Positions 34,306 through 46,362 of a stretch of 64,000 nucleotides of DNA are shown here, piece by piece (position 1 is the stretch's first letter; each line of letters starts with the position of its first letter). The stretch comes from Nemertoderma westbladi (Eukaryota; Animalia; Xenacoelomorpha). The stretch spans positions 1 to 64,000 of the forward strand of contig JAUCBJ010002168.1 of NCBI GenBank assembly GCA_032718475.1, written 5' to 3'. Both the position numbers and the translations under genes were made by a program. Under the pieces are notes generated by a model that was not told where the DNA came from, did not search any database, and was given only the letters and a program-made list of their open reading frames with translations.

Positions 34306-35655
34306 TCCAACATATTGCTGAAAAGGTGCCACTTCCCATTTTATGAGGGTAGTGCGGCGGAATTGAATCCGCTTACATTATTGTATATTTTGGCAGCTAC
34401 CACAAGCATACAGATCCCACGATAGTTTGTTGGTATACCGAGGTCTCCTTTCTTGGGGAGAGGCTTTAGTTGACCTTTAGTCCAAATTGGTGGTGGCCTT
34501 TCCCCTTTTAACATCCGGTTGCAAACATTCAATAATGGTCTGTTTAGCACTCCTGTTTTCCATACCTCCGCTGGGATTTCATCTAATCTACTCACTTTAT
34601 TATTGGACATGCTTTTAATGCTTCTTTGGAGTTTGGCAGGTGTGAAGTCCCCTGTTTCTATAGGTAGTGTCTTGTCATATACAGTATTTTCCTTGTAGGG
34701 CTGACCTCGATGTTTGGTGGCTGCCCAAGCAAGTTGCTGAAGTGATTTTTCCACTTCCCAACACGTTCTTCAGGACGATCGGCTTTGAGGCGCCCCTTTG
34801 GACAACTTTTCCGACCAGATACCCCATTTACAGTTTTCCAGGTAAGTCTTGATTGTTGCTGTATGTGAGCAGTTGTAATTGCTTCAATTTTATCATGTAT
34901 GTACTTTTCCTGGTTGATGTTGAAGGCCAATTTAAGATCGTCCTTAGCTTTCGCAACCTTGTTAATGTTTTCTGTTGTTGGTTGTTCGGTTTTAACTTTG
35001 TAGGCTATCTTAAGATCTTCTCTCTTACAAGTAATCTCAGAGTTTTGCCATGGCACATACTGTTTTCGTTTGGGCTTCTGGGGGATATGCCTCTTAGCTG
35101 ATTCCTTGTGGGCTGTTATTATATTCTGGTATATTGAATCGGTAGACTGGTCTTCATCCATTGACTGAAGTGCTTCAAAGCGGTTTTGAACTTCTACTGT
35201 GTAAGCATCCTTTACTGCATTGTCAGTTCTGAGTTTCTCCCAGTCATAGTTGATTTGCTTGCTTGTCCTGGGTTTGCTGACTCTCAAACTGAGTCTGATC
35301 TCTGCAGTAACAATTCTGTGGTCCGAACCAATTAGGTTGAACGAGCAGTATGCCTCGCAGTTGATCATGCTGTTTCTCCACTTTTTGTTTATAAGGATGT
35401 AATCCAGTTGTGCTTTGGTTCCATTAGGGTATTGAAAGGTCCATAGCTTCCCCTTACTCTTTTCGAATGTGTTGTTTGTTGGTATCAATTCACATTCTTC
35501 CATTAGGTCTAAAAGTAAGTACCCATTTCTGTTAGAACTGGTGTTATACTGTAGGAGTAACCCTTGATGTCTTCTGGGCCAATTTGCGCATTCAGGTCAC
35601 CAGCAATGACTTTAAAATTGTGTTTTGGAATGTCCTTTATAAGTCCAGTCAGTTT
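34306..35655 (-). mobile_element. RTE-like LINE fragment (APE endonuclease C-terminus to RT N-terminus)
   Basis: QLDYIL, GSDHRIV (APE); PLPKKGDL...NYRGI (RT start). Frameshifted. Confidence 0.85.
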
Positions 35656-36941
35656 TCGAGCAGATCGATTTGAGCAGAGTGAAGCTCTGTTAAATCAGAT
35701 GAAACCGGTTTACCTTATCATGTGATGGTTATTGAGGAATGTTGCTGGTTGAGTGAGATAGACACGGTAAGACATGAAATAGGTAAGTCTTGGCGAGTGA
35801 GACCTAATAAATAACTACATATGCCTCACAAGGATAGAGCTTTATCCTATACTCTTTGTAGAAAAGAATCCACCTTCCATCTGAGAATATATATACTGTA
35901 ATTTGCATACCATACAGTTAGTTTGACAGAACAATAATTCATACAACCATTCCTAGTGTCAATGTGAAAAGGACAGTTAGCATTAATGTGGAAATGATAA
36001 TCTGCTTGAGGGTTAATGGATTTCTTATTTATATATTGTTTATACATTCCAGAAACATATACTGTTTTTCCTGTGGGGCGAGCCACGAAGTGAGTGAGCC
36101 TCAGCGTAGGGGTACCATTAATCAACCTGTCGTTCTGTCGATTTTTTTTTCAGTATATTATTTTAAACGTTAATAACTCGGCCAATCCTTGATGAAATCT
36201 ATCCAAACTTTGTACACATGTTGTTTGGCAAAAGTTTGAAAATTTTCCAAGTAGAATTTGCGTGGGGCCTTCGTGCAGCATCAGTGTAACTGTTATTGCA
36301 GTTATAATAAATTTATTTATCCAAAATTAAAATGCGTTAAATTATTATTACTGTAGGATAAATCAGCTGGGTTTCTGACAAATTTTGCAATACATTGGGG
36401 CTGTCGGCCAATCTGCATGTACCGGTACTGTTAGGCTGTACTCAATCCCTGAATCGAGAATCCTGCAATCAGTCAATACTGCAACACTGGTCAGCCGGTA
36501 CCATACACTGCAGACATGCCATATCATGTAATCTAATTGAACATGGCCCCGGCAACCCTTGCGGTAATTATAGTTTAGGCCTAATTAGCCCAGTACCGGC
36601 ACCGGTAATAATAATATAATAGTTTAGATAGTTACCGCTAATCATTCAGTCATTGGCACGGTACACCGTATTGCTGTACTGCCGTTGTAGTGCGCACCGT
36701 AGGTACCACCCTACTACTGGTACCGGCTGACCGGTGGCAACTAGCACTTCAGCACTTGCACAGCAACAGCACTACCGGCGATACACAGGTTGGAATTTAT
36801 GTAGAGTTTGCTCAACAGTAGGCCTACAGATATAAAATAGTTATCTAAATTATATATATTACTATTGACAAGTATTGAAATATATACCGTTATTCGTGTT
36901 ATCAGTATTTGCAACATCTGACATTGAAGAGGTGAGAGAAG

Positions 36942-37290
36942 ATGAATACCGGTACTCAACAAAACCAACGCTTATCACAGGTCGGTATGGTTACCTCGAA
37001 ACCGGCGCGACTGTCCACTCGAATACAACTTCAAAACACAAATGCCAACAATAAACTGAAAGCGAATCGAACGTCTTCAGAAGAATCTGTCATTGGGACG
37101 AAGAAAAGGAAGCCGAAACCACGGGAATGGACCACAGCTAAGATTGAATGCTCCCATTGTCAGAGTTCCTGGACCGAAATTGAAACACCAATTGCCGATG
37201 GGCTTGATCTCTCAAACCAAAACTTCCTCTGCGGGGTTTGCGCGGCAGTAAAGATTGAAAGTCTGGAAGCTGGCATCCCTAGGTATTATT
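36942..37290 (+). other. ORF fragment with a partial PHD-like motif (possible LINE ORF1 remnant)
   Basis: IECSHCQSSW...FLCGVC. Confidence 0.35.
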
Positions 37291-37669
37291 ATTATAAAGA
37301 GCGTCAGCCTGCGTTTAATAAATATATTTTAATACAAAACAGGTCGAACGCAAAGAGGCTTATAATGAAGACGAGTACTGCATTGATTATATTCCTATAA
37401 ACCACCTGGCTTTGCATATTGAACGTGCGTTTGGAAATAAGTTCGTGCTACCCTTCCGTGGGTGGTAGATGTCGCGGTTATGTATTGGTGGGTGGGGGGA
37501 GGGGGGGGGGGGGGTGCAGATTAAAAGGGGTGAACACGTACTGTCCCCCTTTCTTTGATTAATTGGTGGTGTGGGTTAATCTCTCATAACCTGATTTTGT
37601 GATACAGTCGCACAATTTTAATTTGCATCTCTTAACTGGGCCTCGTGCTGCGCGAAGGCCCCACGAACG

Positions 37670-37939
37670 TGTCAACTGGCGTCTAATATATTGTTTAAAC
37701 GCATCATGATTTAGGAAACCATATTCCCAAGGGATATGATGACTTTTATCTCTGGTATTTGCTACTTTTATTTCTTCAGTTGAATTTAGAGTTAAATGGA
37801 GTGGTGCTTTAATGTAATAACAAGATTGTATACAGTTTGATTTCAAATCATAAACCACAAATTCTTTAAATATTACGGAATAAAATGAGTCGTTGAGTAC
37901 ATGGTATTGAAAATCAACAATAAACCCGTCCCTATTCAA
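37670..37939 (-). pseudogene. truncated small ORF resembling DnaQ/DEDD-fold proteins seen in Maverick-derived loci
   Basis: IVDFQ...IFKEFVV...YIKAP...HHIPWEYG pattern, recalled family resemblance only. Lies near the right TIR. Confidence 0.45.
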
Positions 37940-38255
37940 GTGAATCAGAAAATATTTATAAAAATAATAAGCAGGATAAGAATTACTATCAAAAAGAATA
38001 AAAAGTTATAAACATCTTAATTAAATATAATAATGGGTGAGGAAAATTGTAATGAACTTAAAATACTTTTATTAACCAATAAGAAATAGTAGAAATTGTA
38101 AAATGTCCTTCCCACTCAACCTCGTAACGTAATCATAATATATTCATAACTTCCGTGATCTAACCTTTCTAACCCACTTCAAAAAGTTTCGGGACTCTTA
38201 CACTTTACCGTGCCATTAAAGCCATATTTTGATATAATAAAATGATCTTAAAGTA

Positions 38256-38520
38256 TTTGTTCTAGAACAAAATATATTTGTTCTAGAACAAAATTTTTAT
38301 ATTAAATGTATAGATAATATGTTCCAGAACATTAAAAAAAAGAAACAAAAAATAGCTAGTATAAAAAATTCATACAAAGATAACATAGAATAAAAAATTA
38401 ACAAATTAGCTAGTGCTTTGTATTTTTTGTTCTAGAACAAAAAATATTTGTTCTAGAACAACATTTTTATATAAAAAGGATTGATAATGTTCTAGAACAT
38501 TTAAAAAACAAGAAACAAAA
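38256..38520. repeat. 170-bp-period duplication with paired TTTGTTCTAGAACAAA palindromes
   Basis: Two adjacent 16-bp palindromes per unit at ~38256-38292 and ~38426-38461. Confidence 0.8.
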
Positions 38521-41464
38521 ACATTGATATATTAAAATGATAGTTTTTAATCTATCATATCATAATAAGGGAAACTAGAAGGAAGTGAAGGAAGTGTACC
38601 CGGTTTAGTAACAAACAATAAAAACATTAGCTACAAAAGACGTAACAAAATGTAATTGTACGTAGAGTAAATTACGGTGTTACTTGCGTAAATATTTATT
38701 ATATAATTATAACAAATATATTTTTTTGAATTATATTGAATAATATAGGTGGCCCGGCAAACTGCAAGAGAGCTCCTCAGTCCTATTACACTTTACCGTG
38801 CCATTATAGCAATAGGTGGCACGGCAAACTGTAAGAGTGCCAAAGTTTAAGGCTCTATTAGCTCTGGTACTGTAATAGGGTTTATAGTAGTGATACAGTA
38901 GTGGTAATAATGTATCACGCATTCAGCTAACCTCATATGGCCCATGGTTGTAGTTGGCCTATGTGCGATTTGGGGTTAATGCTGGCGCGTAAGATGTAAA
39001 CCTAAGGATTCCAATTTTACGGTACAAGCTGGAAGTTTAAATAATTTCCAGCTCGATGCAACCCCCACCTACGCGTTGACATACAGTATAGGGGTATTAA
39101 TCTTGCTACGTCTAATAAGAGCCCAACAGTCTCAGATTATTGGGGGACTGAGCCAGGGCCAAACTGGCCCACGTATTTTCCTGTGAGGGTAAATTATGTT
39201 TTGGGCCCCGCCGCGTCTTTTTATTTCATTATATCATTACCTACTGTATGACAAAAATAATACAAATGTACTGTATATTGTATTATTGTTCCTATAAATG
39301 TTCTTTATTGTTCCTAATCATGTATTGCATATTTTATCTACTGTACCTACTGTAGTACTATCTATTCATCGTGCGTCCCCTATCTGATTGATTTGTATAA
39401 AATTAAATTGCCTTTGGCAACATTATTTGATACAAATCGATCGATTAAGTAATTAATTAATTGTTTAATCCACCATTTAATTAATTAATTGATTAATTAA
39501 TGACCTACTTAACAGCTAAGGTGTGAAGTGGGTCCAACTGTCGCAGAAATGGGGTAACCATTACTACTTATAGCCTCTAAATAATCCAAAAAGGAGAGAA
39601 AATATACCGTATTTTTAGCCGTTTTGTTTTGCTAAAAATACACCAGAAAAAATATACAAATAAAGGGAAAAATCTAATAATAATCAATTGTTTTGGAAAA
39701 CGTCTTAAAAAGCAATAAAAGGTATATGAATAAACGTCTGAAAAGTTTGGATAAAAGTCGTGAAAAGGTCGTAATAAACTTGGTGCAGCTTCACGCTATT
39801 GGAACTTGGCGATAGTGCAGAACACCAGGTTACCGTCTGACTCCAAACTGGGGTGGTACCGATTGGACTTAAAAGGTTAGCTGCAATTTGTTCTCAGACC
39901 ATAGAGGTTTATTTGGGCGAACCACAAATAAACATATAGCCTGCGGACACAGTGCACCAGCACTACCATGGGCAGGAGAGCCGAGCCGGTGGAGACGCTG
40001 CCACTTTTACTTTTGCCTGGTAGGCAAGAGCGAGCACAAAAGCGCGCCGGGCTTGTCTAGCCAATGTGCTCAGACCAACGGCGGAACCATCTTACGTTAC
40101 TGGCGACCGCAAAGCTTTTCGCAAGGCCCGATCCAGCAACAAAGAGGGCTCCAACTTGGACCAGAGCTGGCTTTTAGGCCAGATAGTACAGCCGTCCGAC
40201 GGCGGAATCGTCTTAAGTTACTGGCGACCGTAAAGCCTTTCGCAGGCCCGATCCAGCAACAAAGACGGCCCCAACTCGGAACAGAGCTGACTTCTGGGCC
40301 AGGGACCTCTGCTGTACTGAGGAGCAGGGCTTAACATTTATGCCTGAAGCAGAGTGAAAACTCTTGAAGTTTTAGTCCCTATGCGCCCCTATTTATAGCC
40401 TGCTGTGGGGTCAATATGGAGTTGACCTCTAAGTGTCACCTGCGCGCGGGTGGACTTTCTGGGCATGTTAAATATAATTACCCAATATAATAGACCAATT
40501 AATATTGGTGCACGTCCGAACAATATTAGATATAATTACTCAATAATATAGACCAATTAATATTGGTGCCTGGATTGAGTTTTGAAGGTGACTTGTCAAT
40601 CTCTTCCTACTGCTATTGGGTGGCGGCCATAGGCTGCGTGCTGGGGGTTGGTGTAAGGGAAGGGGTGTATTGGATAACAATCGACCCTGGATAGTGCATT
40701 GGATGGAGTGTATTGGGTGGATCAGGCAAGGCTTGACACGCCCGCCACGACTAAGGATGTCTGGGTTGGGGCAATAAGTCGTAATGTGAGATATGGGATA
40801 ATATTCTGAGAAGAATATTTTGGTGAATATTTCCGGGATGAATATTGCGTCGAATATTATTTTGAGATAAATATTACGTCTGAATAAGGAAAGGGTAATA
40901 ATTATATTGTAGTTATTTCGTTACTAAAATCAGAGTCCTGAGGAAGTGTATTTTGTATGTTTGCCTACGGAGGCACGAAAAATCGATTACACTCGCTACG
41001 CGGACCTAAAAACGCTGCAAACTCATAAGTGCTGACTGACGAGTGGATACTAAATATACAGTAATAAGTTACCAGGCAGAGAGCTCGAGTTCGTTCCTTA
41101 AAGGTCTGTCATTATTTTTTTGTGTTGCCTAATTCTCTCTTCTTTTTATATATATATATATTTTTTTATCAGAAAGTGTTTCTATAGCTGAGATAATATT
41201 GGTATATCTAGTTAGTTTATTGCTTTGGTTAGGGTTAGTTACATCAAATTATTGCCATTTACTGCCCTTCCTGATTTCAAAGATTATCACTTGGGGTAGG
41301 TTACTAATGTCACATTGAAATTAAATTGTCGTTTTTCAATTTTCAGATTTTACATGTGTTATTTGTAGTTTTTAAATGAGGAATCCACATCTGAAACTAC
41401 GTGTGAATAGCCGGCATAGTTTTCGAGATAATTATGTTTGAAATTTTCAAACACGGTCATACAA

Positions 41465-41660
41465 CCCGAAGGCTTCTCTCTCTTAGCTGGTACCTGTAAG
41501 ACAGAGAAGGGATGGCGTCACACTAACTCCCAAGTCCCAATACTCTCGCTATCCAACCTATTTTTACTCCTCCAGCAAATCCCAGGTTCCCATTACAGAT
41601 GAGCGGGCTGTATCTAGTTCCTTGTGCAGTTTCTTTTCTAGGGCTCGAACTCACGACCTA
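41465..41660 (-). mobile_element. probable tRNA-derived SINE fragment
   Basis: Minus strand GGTCGTGAGTTCGAGCC (B-box-like) followed by AATGGGAACCTGG core-like sequence. No A box or full cloverleaf seen. Confidence 0.45.
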
Positions 41661-42799
41661 ATTATATTTAATTAATTATTTTTAATTAATAATTATTTAA
41701 TTATGTTGAATTATATTTAATTGGCGGTAAGTCAGAATGATAGATAAAAACATGTATAAAAGAAACGAACATTATGACGATATAAAATACTGTATGACGA
41801 TAGCAAATATGGAGGCAGTAAGAAAAACAATAATAATAGAAACATAGGTTTACTGAGCGTAACTACCTATGGTGCGGTTGGACTTCCATTATGCGATATG
41901 GGTAGTTTACTTTGTTGTATTGTTGTATAAGCGGCGCCTTTCGTTTTAATATTTGGGAGGTCTCTATTCTGTCCGTTGATGTTAAGTTTTCTAAATGTTT
42001 CCTAAGATTTCTTGTTTTAACCGTGAACCGTGGAGAAAAACCTGCGCTGTATTTCGATTTTTTTTATTCGCTGGTGTATTCGATTTTTTCTTATGAAATC
42101 CGTAGAGTTTTTGGTTAATAATGTTAGAATACCGCAGTACACCCTTTAATTGTATTAATATTTTGCCTTTGGAGTTTACATACAATTTTTCTAATCGTGA
42201 TCGTCTGATCGTAGCCATTATAGCTGGGACATTGTTTCCTCTAATTACTTATCAACTTCATCATTGACACTGCTCAAATTATTGATTGACTTCGAAATAA
42301 GAGTTTCCTGTACGTTTGATGTACCGGTAAGGTTGGTAGTTGTTGGAGTAATAACGTTGTGATTGCTGATTGGGAAGTGTTGGAGGTAGTGGTTGTGTCC
42401 ATATCTTCACCGAGAGTTGTCTCCAATTGGTAATTAATTACCCGGCCAATTTCCCTGTTTTGACGTTGACAACCGATGAATGTAATGTATGTGTTTACAT
42501 CAAACTGTCAAAATGTACGTACACCTTGGTTTACATAAACTTTGACGTATGGTAACATCTATACACACGTACATGTACTGTACAGTATAATGGTGAACAC
42601 AGATCCCACAGTCACAGTCTTTGCACTGCAGTGGACAGAGTGGGAAACTCGCGTTAAGTTATCCGCTTATTTAAGTTTAACTTAGATAAAAACGAACACA
42701 ATGATTTACCGACGGGGTAGAATCTCAGTCATTACTCATACTACAGTACAGTACAGTGCGATCTGTACACGTACAGATGGACATATAAGGGATGCCATG

Positions 42800-43195
42800 C
42801 CCTGTGAAGGTTGTCTCGGCATATTACTTTACCTATTTAGGGGTTGAGTTCTCTTCCTCAGGAAGCTTCTTTGTCGCAGAAAGCCAATAAAGCTACAGTA
42901 TGGTCTCGCTCTATAAGTATATAGGCCCCACTTAAACCAACTTTTGAACATTTCATTAGACCTTCTTATGAAACTATTCACAACTCTTTTATACTACCAA
43001 TTCTGAACTACGGTGCAGAAGTTTGGGTTTTCACGGAGCCAGAGATGTTGAAAGAGTCCAACTATCTTTTCTTAAACGCATAATGGGTGTGAAATCAAGT
43101 AGGGCCTACTCCAAATTTCATGGTATAGAGGCCGAGTCAGGTGTAATTCCATTGGCTCTTCACAGGAAATTTATAATATTGAAGATTTGGGTACG
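42800..43195 (+). mobile_element. decayed LINE RT C-terminal fragment
   Basis: ILPILNYGAEVWGF...VERVQLSFLKRIMGVK. Confidence 0.6.
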
Positions 43196-44094
43196 CTTTT
43201 TGCTTTTGTTTTGGGTACGGTAAAATAATTTTATCTTGAATTATTTTATTAACCTTGAGGGTCAGAGACACCCTAAATTGGTTAGGATTGAGTTGGGCTT
43301 GGGCAGTCGAAATCATCGAAATGGTATTCTAGGATCATCCAGACTGATTTTATTTGACCAGTAGGCCTACGTACAGGCCTGGTGGGCAAATATAAATAGG
43401 TCACCTACTGTCAGGGGACACTTTACATTAAAAAACGGGTTGGTACAGAACTGCGTTTGAACTCTCTGAAAAATACCCCCCCCCCCCCCCCCCCCTTAAA
43501 GCTGGCGCTAGCGCGCTTGAGGTGCTTAACCCTCAGGTTGCAGGTGGAGGTAGGCCGGTGTGACCGACAGCCGACAGGAACCTTCCGACGGATTGTGTCG
43601 AGTCTGTAACTAAATATAAATTTAGGATGAAATTAATTTTTTCTAATTTGTCCCTCAGACAGAGAACTTAAGAATCTTATTTATTAGTAGGCCTACAGTA
43701 TTTCTTATCAATTATTTTATTCCGTTCTATCTATCTTTATTAGTAAGAATTTCAAACTCAGAAAAATGGTGTTATCGCTACTGTACAGTACAATCGAAGT
43801 AACCTAACCTACAGTATATCAATTGTAACCACTATGATATGTTTTATGTTAGTTCATGTTTTATTTATTGTTTATTGTAATTCACTAATTCTGTGGTATT
43901 GCAGACCTGTGCTGTGCAGCTGATTAGTACTAATAATAATATGTTTACATTATTGTGTGTGATCTCAACTTATAGCATCAATAATGATAGTTGCTTATGG
44001 TCTACGCACCGAATTTAGTAATATCGCGGGTTAAAGTAATAACAATGCAAATACAATATCATAAAGTGAAATAAATTACGAGTCACAGAAGGCA

Positions 44095-44366
44095 CAGCCC
44101 GTCGCGGTGACTTCTCCCCCTTTGTGGCTTCTTGTGACGGAGTCATGGCCCCACAAGCCAACAGACTGCTCCGTATAATTGCCACACGACTGACCAACTC
44201 TTGGAGTAAACCTTACTCAACAGTATTTGGGGTGGGTCCGAGCGCGACTCATGTTTGCCACCATCAGTGTTCGACGACTCCCTGCCTGAGAGGGTCCTGT
44301 ACAAAGTGGCGCAGTGGGCTGGGGATTGAGGACGGTGCAAGGCTACCAATTTCATTCGGAAGTTGA
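44095..44366 (+). mobile_element. 3' end of a CRE-like (restriction-like endonuclease) non-LTR element
   Basis: FSPFVASCDGVMAPQA...LTNSWSKPYS...CLRGS matches the C-terminal pattern of CRE-type ORFs. Confidence 0.55.
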
Positions 44367-46362
44367 AGGGGAAAGTAAAGAAAATGGGAAATGGGAGCTG
44401 GTCTACAGTAGGGGTCTTAGAGGAAAGGGAAGAAAATAAAAAGAAGATCGAAAAGTCGGGGGAAGTATGTATAAGGAATTCTAGATCGAATCAATTCGAT
44501 GGTGCAGTTGGATGGAAGAAGTTGATGAGAGGAAAATGAACTTACTGACTTGAACCGATTCTATTTCTAATGTATTTTGTGATTTTATTTGCTGAAGTTA
44601 AAGACCATTTATTCGTTATTAGCCTACTGTATGTAATGCAATGCCTATATCATAATATAAGTACGTGGATATTCAATATAGTCTATCCCCTGTTGTTGGC
44701 GGGGGAAGGGGGAGACAGGACCTCACAGACGGCATCGGAGTGGGTGGGATCCATGGTACCCAGCATGGAGGCCTGGTGTCATAAATATACCATATTCTAG
44801 AACATTTTGTTTATCACATTCGTATTTAGCTGGCAACAATACAATGCCTCCTTAGTCATACTAAAACTAATACGTATCCATTCATAAATAAACAAAATGT
44901 TCTAGAATATGATGTTATTATTTAATAGAATAAAAGAGCCTCACGCAGGTGCTAAACCATGAATCTTTTGAACGTTCAGACAGTATCTCAAACTACTTTT
45001 CAACGAAATGTTAGATTATATTACTTATTTGGAATCCTTGACCAGTTATCCATGAGTACAAAATCACCAAAAGGTTAAATAATAACTGCGTGTAACTGGT
45101 GAAATTTCGCCTGAGACACCTTTTTCAATCACTTGTAGCTAATAATTGAAAGAAAAAATTAATATTCTGGCTCACCCACGGAGGGTGAGGGAGGTGAATC
45201 TACATATCTCAGATTCAAATTTCATGGCAAAAAGTGACTTTTTGGATCCAAGACTATTTCTCCACCAATATGTGTTGACATTTATCGCCATTTGGAACAT
45301 AAGATCAGAAGACACCATTTCAGGCCCCAAAAAATTTCTATTTTTGGGCCTTTTTATCTAAAAAGTCTCCAGAACATATAGCAAAATTTGTATGGAAGAT
45401 TTGTTGACAAAGGTATTCCGAACAAGTAACTACTAAATTTCAACACGTTTCAGTTAAAATTAAGAGATAAGCAGATAAATAGCCTTTTCAATGGATAAAT
45501 GAGATAAAGGAGTTTAAGGTTTAAGATTTTTCACAAACAATTCAAACCTTCCCGCTATTTTAGATATATAATTTGTTTTTGTTCAACAATAACCTTGTCA
45601 AAAATGAATGAAATTCAACGAAATTTATTTCATCCTTACTAGAAATTTAACTACTAAAACAACATTTTAGCAATTTAATTCATATCTGTAACGTGAGAAA
45701 CTTATTATTGAAAAAAGCTTTTATTCAATTATTGTAAAATATTGTAAGGCTGATCGAAGGCTGCTTGTCAAAAAAAACAGACTAGCTCTTGAGGTTTTGG
45801 CTAATAAATCGAATTTAAAGAAAGATATGAGAAAGCTGTGCAGATTTGAAATCTTCATTAAATTCGACAAATGATAGGATTCAATTTTTTTTTGACAATT
45901 TCCAAAATAGGGTGTGCTTAATTAAAAATATGATCAGTAATTATGATCTTTTCTCTGCTATTCTAAATTTAATTATCTGCTTTCAAAATTTTAATCAATT
46001 GTTGTAATGTTAAGTATTACACACTTAATCAAAGAATGGGTATGTATGAGTTGAGTGTGCTGTGCATCGCCACTCCGAAGCATCAGAAGGAAGGAGGCTC
46101 GTACCTGCGTCACGGGATGTAAGCTTCTTAGTTGCAGCTACCACGGATGGATAAGTTTCCTGTCCCCCAGCAACCAACCATAAATCGTACAAATTGGCTA
46201 TGTGGCTACTATCACCTCATTGACGTTAATATCATTTTTCTGCAGCTGAAACCAATCTTCTTGAGTAAATAACTCGCATTAAAACATTTTATTTCTTTCC
46301 TAATGGATTTCATGGTCGTGCTGTATTAATAACATATAATGTGTCAATTTCAAGAAAGATAG

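Larger units (their letters stand above)
24463..39568. mobile_element. non-autonomous Polinton/Maverick-type element with nested insertions
   Basis: ~500-bp TIRs (24463-24960 and 39057-39568) begin AGTAGT and end ACTACT, flanked on both sides by TATAGC (24457-62, 39569-74). Confidence 0.8.

Noticed and set aside
41465-41660. tRNA gene
   Set aside because: Only a B-box-like motif; no cloverleaf.
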